64,000 bases of DNA. Origin: an uncultured Bacteroidota bacterium (GTDB lineage: Bacteria; Bacteroidota; Bacteroidia; Flavobacteriales; Flavobacteriaceae). A model generated the notes under the pieces. The model searched no databases. It was given only the letters and a program-made list of their open reading frames with translations, and had not been told where the DNA came from. The stretch spans positions 19,531 to 83,530 of the forward strand of contig CACHNE010000002.1 in NCBI GenBank assembly GCA_902581145.1. Reading direction: 5' to 3'. Shown one piece after another: positions 29,488 through 39,106 of this stretch. The position numbers and the translations under genes were made by a program. How positions within the stretch are numbered: position 1 is the first letter of the stretch; each line of letters begins with the position of its first letter.

Positions 29488-30556
29488 TAAGTTTTATAAT
29501 TCCAAGGTTTTCAACCCCCACAAAAATATTTTTGTCTTTGTCTAACTCAACAGATCTTACTCTGCCAATTTGATCAAATAATTTTTTTTCTTCTACTACT
29601 TTACCATCTTTAATAACACATTGGTGTAGGTATTGAAACTTTAACGATCCTATTAAAATACTTTGATTTAGTGACGGATAATTTGGGTTGTCAATATAAA
29701 CCATTCCGCTGGGTGCAATAGACGGAACCCAAAAGTGAATTGGGTCAACCATACCATCTATGGAAGTTTTATCCGTAAATTTTGTTCCGATATAATTAAT
29801 GCCGTAGCTGGCTAATGGCCATCCATAATTTTCTCCAGCTTCAATGATATTTATTTCATCACCACCTCTAGGGCCATGCTCATGAATCCATATTTTATTA
29901 TTTTTTTCGTCATAAAACATTCCTTGGGGGTTTCTGTGGCCATAGCTGAAAATTGCTTTTTTTGAATTTTTCTCGTTAACAAAAGGATTGTTAATTGGAA
30001 TTCTTCCGTCATCATGTAATCTATAGATTTTACCACCATCTCTATTGATATCCTGCGGGTTAAGATCTCGATTTCCTCTGTCGCCAATACTGAAAAATAT
30101 ATAATTATCCTTGTCAAATACCATCCTGCTTCCATAATGAAGGCTTCTTTTACTATTTGGTAAGGCTTTATAAATTATTTGCTGATTAGTTGCTTGATTT
30201 CCATTTAATTTAAATCTTAATATAGATGTGTTTGTTCCCTCATTTTTATCATTAGAAGATGAGTATGAGATGTAAATCCATTTGTTTTCAGAATAATTGG
30301 GATGTAATTCGATATCAAGTAAACCACCTTGATTTTTAGAAATAATTTCAGGAAGATTTTTGATAACCGTTTTTATACCGTTTTTATAGTGAATTAACTC
30401 ACCCCTACGTTCAGTAATCAAAATTGAATCGTCAGGCAAAAAAACAAATGCCCATGGTACATCTAAATTATCAACTATTAATTCGTATTTCAATTCATTT
30501 GGAAATGAATTATTAAAAAAACAAAAAACTGTAAAAAATAATATAAACTTCTTCAT
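29480..30556 (-). CDS. PQQ-dependent sugar dehydrogenase (soluble aldose/sorbosone dehydrogenase family)
   Basis: 358 aa. Signal peptide; HYGSRMVF, GHRNPQG, EHGPRGGDE, NYGWP beta-propeller motifs. Confidence 0.85.
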   Translation of the reverse strand: MKKFILFFTVFCFFNNSFPNELKYELIVDNLDVPWAFVFLPDDSILITERRGELIHYKNGIKTVIKNLPEIISKNQGGLLDIELHPNYSENKWIYISYSSSNDKNEGTNTSILRFKLNGNQATNQQIIYKALPNSKRSLHYGSRMVFDKDNYIFFSIGDRGNRDLNPQDINRDGGKIYRLHDDGRIPINNPFVNEKNSKKAIFSYGHRNPQGMFYDEKNNKIWIHEHGPRGGDEINIIEAGENYGWPLASYGINYIGTKFTDKTSIDGMVDPIHFWVPSIAPSGMVYIDNPNYPSLNQSILIGSLKFQYLHQCVIKDGKVVEEKKLFDQIGRVRSVELDKDKNIFVGVENLGIIKLIE

Positions 30557-30623
30557 ATAATGAAATTACAAAAAACTACTTATTAAATGGTTAAATGCAT
30601 GCTTCAAATCAACAATAATTACA

Positions 30624-30631
30624 TATTTTTG
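30624..30631 (+). promoter_or_regulatory. candidate -7 element upstream of trxB
   Basis: TAttTTTG, 20 nt before the ATG at 30651. The -33 position reads TTC. Confidence 0.35.
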
Positions 30632-30650
30632 TTTATCAAATTAAATGTAA

Positions 30651-31583
30651 ATGAGTGAAAAAGTAAATTGCCTTATCATAGGCTCAGGTCCGGCAGGTTA
30701 TACAGCAGCAATATATGCTGCAAGAGCAAATATGAATCCAGTTTTATATCAAGGGATTCAACCTGGTGGCCAGTTAACAACTACAACGGATGTTGAAAAT
30801 TTTCCTGGATACCCAGACGGAGTTTCTGGTCCTGAAATGATGGTAGAATTACAAAAACAAGCAGAAAGATTTGGTACTGATATCCGAAATGGTTGGGTAA
30901 CAAAAGTTGATTTTACTGATAGGTTAAAATTATGGATTAATGATGAGCATGAATTGGAATGTAATTCAGTAATAATATCAACTGGAGCGTCTGCAAAATA
31001 TCTTGGTTTAGATTCTGAAAAAAAATATCTTGAATCTGGCGGTGGAGTATCAGCTTGTGCAGTATGCGATGGGTTTTTTTATAAAAACCAAGAAGTTGTA
31101 ATTGTTGGTGGTGGAGATTCTGCATGTGAAGAAGCTCATTATCTTTCAAAATTATGTAGCAAAGTGACTATGTTAGTTAGAAGAGACGAATTTAGAGCCT
31201 CCAAGATTATGCAAGAAAGGGTTATGAAAACTGAAAATATTGAAATACTTTTTAACACATCTACATTAGAGGTTAAAGGTGACGGTCAATTAGTATCGTC
31301 AATTCTTACAAAAAACAATATAACAGGTGAAATAAAGGATATTCCTGCTACAGGGTTTTTTGTTGCTATTGGACATAAACCTAATACAGATATTTTTAAA
31401 CCATACATAGATATGGATTCGACAGGCTACATAATAAATAAACCTGGTTCAACAAAAACTAATATTGAAGGTGTATTTGTTTCTGGAGATGCAGCTGATC
31501 ATACATATAGACAAGCAATTACAGCAGCAGGAACAGGTTGCATGGCAGCATTAGATGCCGAAAGATACTTAGCTTCTAAGTAA
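30651..31583 (+). CDS. trxB: thioredoxin-disulfide reductase
   Basis: 310 aa. GSGPAGYTAAIYAAR, redox-active CAVCDG, GGGDSACEEA, GDAAD. Confidence 0.95.
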   Translation: MSEKVNCLIIGSGPAGYTAAIYAARANMNPVLYQGIQPGGQLTTTTDVENFPGYPDGVSGPEMMVELQKQAERFGTDIRNGWVTKVDFTDRLKLWINDEHELECNSVIISTGASAKYLGLDSEKKYLESGGGVSACAVCDGFFYKNQEVVIVGGGDSACEEAHYLSKLCSKVTMLVRRDEFRASKIMQERVMKTENIEILFNTSTLEVKGDGQLVSSILTKNNITGEIKDIPATGFFVAIGHKPNTDIFKPYIDMDSTGYIINKPGSTKTNIEGVFVSGDAADHTYRQAITAAGTGCMAALDAERYLASK

Positions 31584-31604
31584 ATTTTTTAATTTAGTGA
31601 GTCT

Positions 31605-32402
31605 ATGCAGTTTTTTAAAAGAAATCCCTTTGGCCATATACTATATATTAAAAAGTGGATTATCAGAATTATTGGTGCCTATAGTCATAGGAGATACAGA
31701 GGATTTAACGAACTTAAAATTGAAGGCTCTGAAATTATTAGAGATTTAGAAGATTCAAATGTTTTATTTATTTCCAATCATCAGACATATTTTGCTGACG
31801 TTGTTGCTATGTTTCACGTATTTAACGCAAGTTTAAAGGGAAGAGTAGATTCCATTAAGAATATAGGTTATCTATGGGATCCAAAACTTAATATTTATTT
31901 TATTGCAGCAAAAGAAACTATGAATGCGGGATTAATTCCAAAAATTTTAGCTTATGCAGGTTCTGTAAGTATTGAAAGAACATGGAGAAATAACGGAGAA
32001 GACGTAAATAGAAAAGTAAAATTTAGCGATATTTCTAATATCGGAAAAGCATTAAATGACGGTTGGGTAATAACATTTCCCCAGGGAACAACCACTCCAT
32101 TTAAGCCCGTGAGAAAAGGAACAGCATTTTTAATTAAGCAATACAAACCAGTAGTAGTACCTATTGTTATAGATGGTTTTAGAAGATCGTTTGATAAAAA
32201 AGGTTTAAGGGTAAAGAAAAAAAACATCCTTCAAACAATGACTATAAAAAAGCCTTTAAAAATTGATTATGATAAAGAGTCAACGGACGAAATAATTAAC
32301 AAAATTGCACACTCAATAGAGCAACATGAAACTTTTTTAAAGGTAATTCCTCAAAAAGAGCTAAAGAAGGAGAATGAACTTAACAAAAAAAGAGAGTTTT
32401 AA
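31605..32402 (+). CDS. lysophospholipid (1-acyl-sn-glycerol-3-phosphate-type) acyltransferase
   Basis: 265 aa. HX4D motif NHQTYFAD; FPQGTT block. Confidence 0.8.
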   Translation: MQFFKRNPFGHILYIKKWIIRIIGAYSHRRYRGFNELKIEGSEIIRDLEDSNVLFISNHQTYFADVVAMFHVFNASLKGRVDSIKNIGYLWDPKLNIYFIAAKETMNAGLIPKILAYAGSVSIERTWRNNGEDVNRKVKFSDISNIGKALNDGWVITFPQGTTTPFKPVRKGTAFLIKQYKPVVVPIVIDGFRRSFDKKGLRVKKKNILQTMTIKKPLKIDYDKESTDEIINKIAHSIEQHETFLKVIPQKELKKENELNKKREF

Positions 32403-32869
32403 ATTTTAAATACATCACCTTCTTCTATAATATCATTAACCTGGGAAGCAACCCTGTGAAAAGCATCTAAGTCAGACGCATCTATTTTTGATCTAACCAA
32501 ACTTTTGAAATGTCTTATTTTTTCAATAACAATCTTTCTTTTTTTTAAGCCAAGCTTAGTTAGTGAAATTATTATACCTCTACCATCATTAGGATCAGGT
32601 CTTCTAGTAATAAGGTTTTTATTTTCCATAGAATTTAATATCCTAGAAATACTATTAGATTCTAACCCCATTACAGGGCCTATTGAAGTTGATGGACTTC
32701 CGTTTTCTGGGTCAATACTTATTAAAGTAAAACTAATTGAGAATGTAACATCATATTTAGAAGCCTCAAGATTATACATTTTCTCTATGTTTTTCCAAGT
32801 TTGTCTAACAACAAAATCAACCCTTCTTCTAAAATCTTTATTAATTATCATAATAACATTAGTTAACAA
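32399..32869 (-). CDS. MarR-family transcriptional regulator
   Basis: 156 aa. Winged HTH (ISRILNSMENKNLITRRPDPNDGRGIIISLT). The start could be the ATG 6 codons downstream. Confidence 0.75.
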   Translation of the reverse strand: MLTNVIMIINKDFRRRVDFVVRQTWKNIEKMYNLEASKYDVTFSISFTLISIDPENGSPSTSIGPVMGLESNSISRILNSMENKNLITRRPDPNDGRGIIISLTKLGLKKRKIVIEKIRHFKSLVRSKIDASDLDAFHRVASQVNDIIEEGDVFKI

Positions 32870-32905
32870 TATATAATGCTTGCAGAGTAAATTTAAAAAA
32901 ATATT

Positions 32906-35305
32906 TTATTTTTTTATAATCCTATGATTTTCAACACCTAACTCTGAAAATAATTTGACTATATAAACACCAGGATTTGACATTGGTAATCTTATCCTTG
33001 AGATATTAGGTTCTTCTTTTACCAAAAGTTTTTTTCCTAGCAAGTCATATATTTCTAATCTATTTATCTTATTTTCTGATACTACATTTATATAATCATT
33101 TGCAGGATTGGGGTAAATTCTTGAACCATATTGTTCAATTTCAGAAATGTTTAAATTTTCTGAAAGCCCCTTTATTTTAAAATTATCAAAATAAAACCCA
33201 TCTCTTCTGAGGCCTCCGTCTGTGTAAAGCTTAAATCTCACAAAAATTTCATCGCCTAAATAATCTGTAAGCAAAATACTTTCATTAATCCATTGTGGTT
33301 GATTTCCGTCATATAATGGTTCATCTAGCGCATAATCATGTGTTTCTATTCCTTTCCTAGTGTATTCTCCACATTGTGGAATCCAAGTGTTTCCGTTATC
33401 AACTGAAATTTCCAATTGAACATAATCATACCCTGATTCAATGCTCCACTTAGCATCAAAATTAATTTCAGCATAAACATATCCAGAAAGATTTATAGGA
33501 TTAATTAGTTGAATTATTTCTTCAGAATTATTGCTGTAATTAGAATATGGAGAATCTGTAATACTAGTTTGTGGTGAAAAATATTCTTCATAGGTGTTAG
33601 ACCATTCAGAACTGTCATCCCAGAAACTATTGTAATTATCGCTTTCATCTTCAATAATTATTTGTGTTTGCCCATAAATCTTTGTTACTTCTATTTCCTC
33701 ATCAAATAAACCATTATTTAAAACATATTTATAAATAATGTTATCCCCTACAACAATAGACTCGTTTAAAGAAATATCAAAACTATCGTTAATGATTTCA
33801 CCAATTTGAGCTGAACTGATACTAATTGAAGATGAAACATTACTAATATTTGAGGATACTGGTATTATGGAAATTAAAAATTCTTCATCATCAGAAATTC
33901 CAAGTCTTTGAATACTAAAATCCGATTGAAAATTGAGACTTGAAATAAAGTTTGAAGTATTATCATCTAATTTTGCATAATTCCCAATCATTTTAGCGGC
34001 TGTTAAGTTTAAATAGAGCATTCCTTTACAAAGGTCTTCAATTGTTGATGACTGTGGCCAAAATGAACTACCAATTTCAGGTGTCATGGCAAATATTTTT
34101 TCTCTTGTTTGGTTATTTTCTGTTATAAGCATACCATACATAAAATCATCACTATCACCAGCTGCTGGGTATAGATCAGCACTTATTATATTTTCATAAT
34201 TATTTTCACTCACAAGCTCAGACGAAATAAATTGATAGATTTCATCATCATCAGTTGGTTGATTATAATCATATCCATAAGGGTATAAAAGTAAATTACC
34301 ATATGTATGGTTATTTAGAGCTAGTTTGAAATTTTTTGACTCAACCAGATACCTTACAGCTCTGTTTTCAGCTTCTGAGAATGGTTCGTCACCAGCATAG
34401 GTGTTTCCATTAGGACTACTTGATGTCCCAGACGTATTCCAAACTTCGTTACCATTGTTATCAACATAAGAATAGTTTCTATTATTATCTACCCCATGAT
34501 TATCTCGTCTATTTTTTCTCCACATTCCACCTCCACTTGGCTCACTTGTTTCATTATAAATATATCCATCAGGGTTTACACAGGGTACAAAATACAACTC
34601 TGAATTGTCAATGATTTGCTTAATACTTTCATTGGAGTCATAATTTTCTAGTAAGTACCACATAAAATATATTAGTTGTTGCATAGATCCTGGTTCACGA
34701 GCATGATGAAGAGCTGTATAAAGAATTTGAGGCTCCTCTTCTTCATCATTTCCAGGGTTATCTGAAATTTTTACCAATTGTAAAAATCTACCTTCATATG
34801 TTTCGTGAATATGAGGAGAATTTGTGTAATTAGGATCTTTAATATCAACCCTTTCTGAAATTAGATTTGGGTATTGGAAATACATATCATCTAATTCATC
34901 CAAAATTTCGTTGTAGGTGTAAAAGCCTCCAAAATCATCACCTTCCTTAAAGTCATAATTTTCTGGTGTTAAATAATCATTAGTAGTTTCACAATAATCA
35001 TTTGATTTTATCTCAAAGTCAGTCTTATTTCTACTTTGATAAAAGCTTATAACATCTTCAATTAAGATTTCATATGAAAACCCCAAAAGGTTAATCTTAT
35101 TTAAATCCTCAGTGGAAAAATCAGAAATGAAAAAATGATTTTTTTTATTAATTCCGTGGTCAATACAGACTCCGTTATTCGCAAGTTTTACTAAATCTGA
35201 TGCTTTAGAATAATTGATTTTTACTTTGTGAAAAACATCTTTGTTTTGTAAAAATGTTGACTGGAATGTCAAAAGTGATACTAATAAAACCAGATACTTT
35301 TTCAT
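32906..35305 (-). CDS. secreted M14 zinc carboxypeptidase with T9SS C-terminal sorting domain
   Basis: ATG at 35305 gives MKKYLVLLVSLLTFQSTF (track TTG at 35329). M14 zinc motif LHHAREPGS. C-terminal ~80 aa (RIYPNPANDYINV...GVYIVKL...) is a type-A Por/T9SS tail. Confidence 0.85.
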   Translation of the reverse strand: MKKYLVLLVSLLTFQSTFLQNKDVFHKVKINYSKASDLVKLANNGVCIDHGINKKNHFFISDFSTEDLNKINLLGFSYEILIEDVISFYQSRNKTDFEIKSNDYCETTNDYLTPENYDFKEGDDFGGFYTYNEILDELDDMYFQYPNLISERVDIKDPNYTNSPHIHETYEGRFLQLVKISDNPGNDEEEEPQILYTALHHAREPGSMQQLIYFMWYLLENYDSNESIKQIIDNSELYFVPCVNPDGYIYNETSEPSGGGMWRKNRRDNHGVDNNRNYSYVDNNGNEVWNTSGTSSSPNGNTYAGDEPFSEAENRAVRYLVESKNFKLALNNHTYGNLLLYPYGYDYNQPTDDDEIYQFISSELVSENNYENIISADLYPAAGDSDDFMYGMLITENNQTREKIFAMTPEIGSSFWPQSSTIEDLCKGMLYLNLTAAKMIGNYAKLDDNTSNFISSLNFQSDFSIQRLGISDDEEFLISIIPVSSNISNVSSSISISSAQIGEIINDSFDISLNESIVVGDNIIYKYVLNNGLFDEEIEVTKIYGQTQIIIEDESDNYNSFWDDSSEWSNTYEEYFSPQTSITDSPYSNYSNNSEEIIQLINPINLSGYVYAEINFDAKWSIESGYDYVQLEISVDNGNTWIPQCGEYTRKGIETHDYALDEPLYDGNQPQWINESILLTDYLGDEIFVRFKLYTDGGLRRDGFYFDNFKIKGLSENLNISEIEQYGSRIYPNPANDYINVVSENKINRLEIYDLLGKKLLVKEEPNISRIRLPMSNPGVYIVKLFSELGVENHRIIKK

Positions 35306-35332
35306 TAAAAGTTTTCTAGAATAGGGCAAATA

Positions 35333-38300
35333 TTATTCCGAAATCATTGAATTTTCTAAAATCCAATCTTTTGCGTTCTTAAAGGCTAATATCCAAGGGC
35401 TTACTTTGTCATTTCTGTCATTATGGTAGAATGCCCAATTCCACTTAAAAATTGACCTTTCTATGTGAGGCATGGTAACAAGATGTCTGCCATCATCACT
35501 GCAAAGCATAGCAGAGTTAAAATCAGAACCATTTGGATTTGACGGATAATCACTGTAACCATATTGTGCAACTATATTATAATTTTCAGAAGAGTAGGGT
35601 AGTTTAAATTTTCCTTCACCATGGCTGATCCAAACACCTAATGTTAAACCCTCAAGGTTATTCAACATTACTGAATTGTTTTTGTTTATCTTGACGGAAG
35701 TAAAATTACTTTCATGTTTTTTAGAATCATTAAAAGTCATTTTACCATGTTCTTTGTGTGTTGGATAAATTAAATCAAGTTCCATAAACAATTGACATCC
35801 ATTACATATGCCAATTGACAAAGAGTTTTTTCTTGAAAAGAAGTCCTCTAATGATTTTTTTGCAATTTCATTATATTTGAATGACCCTGCCCATCCTTTT
35901 GCTGAACCAAGAACATCAGAATTGGAAAACCCTCCAACCGCACCTAAAAATTGAATGTCCTTTAGGGATTCCTTTCCGCTAATCAAATCAGTCATGTGAA
36001 CATCTTTAACCTCAAAACCAGCCATGAAGAGTGCGTTTGCTAATTCTCTTTCACTATTACTGCCTTGCTCTCTCAAAATTGCAGCTTTTGGTTTTACCAG
36101 TGATGAATTAAATCTATAATTTCCTTTAAAATCATCTGGAAATTTAAATTTAAGTGGTTGTTTTTTATAATTTTTATATCTAACCTCAGCTAAATTATTT
36201 GAAGTTTGCTTTCTGTCTAATAGCATGGACGTGTGATACCAATAATCTCTAAATTTTTCCAAGTCAAATGAATACTTATTTTCAAAATTTTTGATATTTA
36301 GTGTGTTACCGCTTATAACTTCACCAATCTTTAATGCATTAATTCCATTTTTTGAAAAGGTTTTTTCTGCTTTTTCATTGTAAACCTGTATTATTATTCC
36401 ACTATTTTCTGAAAATAAAGCTTTAACTATATCTTTTTCATTTAATACTGAGAGATCAATATTTGCTGAAATATTGTTTGATGAAAAACACATTTCCATC
36501 AACGTGGTAATGAATCCACCTGATCCTATGTCATGACCAGCAACTATATGATTATTTTTTATTAGAATTTGAATTGTTTCAAATGCGTTTAAAAAGTATT
36601 TCGCATCATTAATTGACGGGGTTTCATTTCCAATATCTCCGATTATTTGAGAAAATGCAGACCCTCCAAGTTTAAAATTATCACACGAAAAATTTACATA
36701 GTAAATCGATCCACGATTTAATTTGAATACAGGTTCTACTATATTAAAAATATCATTACAATGAGCTGTAGCTGAAATGATTACGGTTCCTGGAGACTTT
36801 ACTTCAATATTATCATATTTTTGATTCATTGAGAGTGAATCTTTACCTGTAGGAATATTAATACCCAATTCAATTGCAAATTTTGAAACAGATTTAACTG
36901 CCTCATAAAGTCTTGTATCTTCTCCTTGATTTTTACATGGCCACATCCAGTTTGCTGAAAGAGAAACACCCTTTATTCCATTTTGTAGAGGCGCCCAAAT
37001 AATATTTGTCAATGCTTCTGCAATACTGTTTTTACTTCCAGCAATTGGGTCAATTAATGCGGAAATAGGGGAGTGTCCAATAGAAGTTGCAATTCCATTT
37101 GAAGTTGAATAGTCTAACGCCATAACTCCACAGTTATTTAGTGGTAGCTGTAGCTCACCCACACATTGTTGTTTAGCAACTTTTCCCCCTACACATCTAT
37201 CAACTTTGTTAGTTAACCAGTCTTTACACCCAACTGATTCTAAACTAAATAATTCTTTTACATATTCATTTATTAATTTTTCTGAATATTGTAATTCGTT
37301 GTATTTTTTTGATATTGTCTTATCAGTTAAAATAGTTTCCGGCGAGCTTCCAAAAAAATGATCCAGACTTAGGTCAACACAACTGAGTTTTGTTTTTTCT
37401 GAATAAATTGTGAACCTTTTATCATCCGTAACTTTTCCGACAATATACATAGGAGCCCTTTCCCTTTCACAAATTCTTATAAATTCGTTAATATTTTCCT
37501 TTTTTATGATTAACCCCATTCTTTCCTGAGATTCATTGCCGATAATTTCTTTGTTAGATAGTGTTGGGTCGCCTACGGGAAGCTTATCTAACTCAATAAA
37601 ACCTCCAGTATCTTCTACTAATTCTGTTAAACAATTTAAATGGCCACCTGCTCCGTGATCATGGATTGAAACTATACAATTTTTATTATTTTCTATTGTA
37701 CCTCTAATAGCGTTAGCAACTCTTTTTTGCATTTCTGGATTTGATCTTTGAATTGCATTAAGTTCAATACCAGTGGAAAATTCTCCAGTATCTGCTGAAG
37801 ATACTGCCGCACCACCCATTCCAATTCTATAGTTATCTCCACCCATAATTACAATTAAATCGTCCTTCTCAGGAGTTTTCTTTAAAGAGTGGTCTTTATT
37901 TGCATATCCGATGCCACCAGCTAACATAATTACTTTGTCATATGCCTGTATTTCTCCATTTGTTTCATTTTCAAATGTAAAAACTGACCCAGAAATTAAA
38001 GGCTGTCCAAATTTATTACCAAAATCTGAAGCACCGTTAGATGCTTTTATTAAAATATCTAACGGAGTTTGATAGAGCCATTTTCTTTCTTTTATATTTT
38101 TTTCCCATTTTTTCTCATCAATTCTTGAGTAGGGAGTCATGTATACAGCAGTACCTGCAAGAGGAATTGAACCTCTTCCTCCAGCTAGCCTGTCTCTGAT
38201 TTCACCTCCCGAACCTGTAGCAGCTCCATTGAATGGTTCAACTGTAGTCGGAAAATTATGAGTTTCAGCTTTTAGTGAAATTACGCTATCAATTTCTTGA

Positions 38301-39004
38301 GAAACATAAAAATCTGGTTTATCTGACGTCGTAGGTGCAAATTGATTTATTTTTGGACCTTTTATAAAAGCAACATTGTCTTTATAGGCAGATACAATAT
38401 TTTCAGGGTTTTCTTTAGATGTTTGTTTAATTAATGAAAATAAACTATACTCTTTTTCTTCACCATCAATTATAAATTTACCGTTAAATATTTTATGTCT
38501 ACAATGTTCAGAATTAACCTGTGAGAAACCAAAAATTTCAGAATCAGTCAATTTCCGATTAATTTTTTTCGAAATATTATTTAGATAGTCAACTTCATCG
38601 TCGCTTAGTGACAAACCCTCTTTCTCGTTATACTCTTGAATATTAGAAATACTTGTGATTTTTTTTGGATCTAAATTTATCTTAAAAAGCGATTGTGATA
38701 AAGATTCAAATTTTTCATTTAACATAGGGTCAAAATCATTTGTAGTTTTTTTACTTTCGGTATATTTTTCGATTCTTAGAATAGAATCTAATCCCATGTT
38801 CTTACATATTTCAACTGCATTTGTACTCCATGGAGATATCATTGCAGCTCTTGGACCAATAAATTCTTTTTTAATTTGAACATCTGAAAGTAAAGATGCA
38901 TTTCCTAACAACCATTCAAGTTTTTTTATTTCATCCTTTGAAATAGTATGATCAGTTTGTACTGCAAAAATTGAATGGTTTTGAGATTCAAAAAAAGATA
39001 TCAT
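35333..39004 (-). CDS. purL: phosphoribosylformylglycinamidine synthase (single-chain large form)
   Basis: 1223 aa. FGAM synthase domains plus a C-terminal glutaminase domain (GICNGCQ, HGEG). Confidence 0.97.
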   Translation of the reverse strand: MISFFESQNHSIFAVQTDHTISKDEIKKLEWLLGNASLLSDVQIKKEFIGPRAAMISPWSTNAVEICKNMGLDSILRIEKYTESKKTTNDFDPMLNEKFESLSQSLFKINLDPKKITSISNIQEYNEKEGLSLSDDEVDYLNNISKKINRKLTDSEIFGFSQVNSEHCRHKIFNGKFIIDGEEKEYSLFSLIKQTSKENPENIVSAYKDNVAFIKGPKINQFAPTTSDKPDFYVSQEIDSVISLKAETHNFPTTVEPFNGAATGSGGEIRDRLAGGRGSIPLAGTAVYMTPYSRIDEKKWEKNIKERKWLYQTPLDILIKASNGASDFGNKFGQPLISGSVFTFENETNGEIQAYDKVIMLAGGIGYANKDHSLKKTPEKDDLIVIMGGDNYRIGMGGAAVSSADTGEFSTGIELNAIQRSNPEMQKRVANAIRGTIENNKNCIVSIHDHGAGGHLNCLTELVEDTGGFIELDKLPVGDPTLSNKEIIGNESQERMGLIIKKENINEFIRICERERAPMYIVGKVTDDKRFTIYSEKTKLSCVDLSLDHFFGSSPETILTDKTISKKYNELQYSEKLINEYVKELFSLESVGCKDWLTNKVDRCVGGKVAKQQCVGELQLPLNNCGVMALDYSTSNGIATSIGHSPISALIDPIAGSKNSIAEALTNIIWAPLQNGIKGVSLSANWMWPCKNQGEDTRLYEAVKSVSKFAIELGINIPTGKDSLSMNQKYDNIEVKSPGTVIISATAHCNDIFNIVEPVFKLNRGSIYYVNFSCDNFKLGGSAFSQIIGDIGNETPSINDAKYFLNAFETIQILIKNNHIVAGHDIGSGGFITTLMEMCFSSNNISANIDLSVLNEKDIVKALFSENSGIIIQVYNEKAEKTFSKNGINALKIGEVISGNTLNIKNFENKYSFDLEKFRDYWYHTSMLLDRKQTSNNLAEVRYKNYKKQPLKFKFPDDFKGNYRFNSSLVKPKAAILREQGSNSERELANALFMAGFEVKDVHMTDLISGKESLKDIQFLGAVGGFSNSDVLGSAKGWAGSFKYNEIAKKSLEDFFSRKNSLSIGICNGCQLFMELDLIYPTHKEHGKMTFNDSKKHESNFTSVKINKNNSVMLNNLEGLTLGVWISHGEGKFKLPYSSENYNIVAQYGYSDYPSNPNGSDFNSAMLCSDDGRHLVTMPHIERSIFKWNWAFYHNDRNDKVSPWILAFKNAKDWILENSMISE

Positions 39005-39106
39005 TTAATAAGGAATATGAATGCTAAATTTAGTCCAAATTAATTTATAAACTAGTAAAAAAAATACACTTAAATAAATAGTTATTCACCTCTTTTAAAC
39101 ACTAAT

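Noticed and set aside
29851-30135. 94-aa same-strand alternative-frame ORF inside the PQQ dehydrogenase gene (possible overprinted gene)
   Set aside because: There is no start context, no recognisable domain, and a composition consistent with an off-frame reading of the host gene. Nothing in the sequence supports dual coding.
32505-32876. 123-aa + strand ORF
   Set aside because: Antisense to the MarR gene, which has a clear winged-HTH. Hydrophobic low-complexity translation; treated as a shadow ORF.
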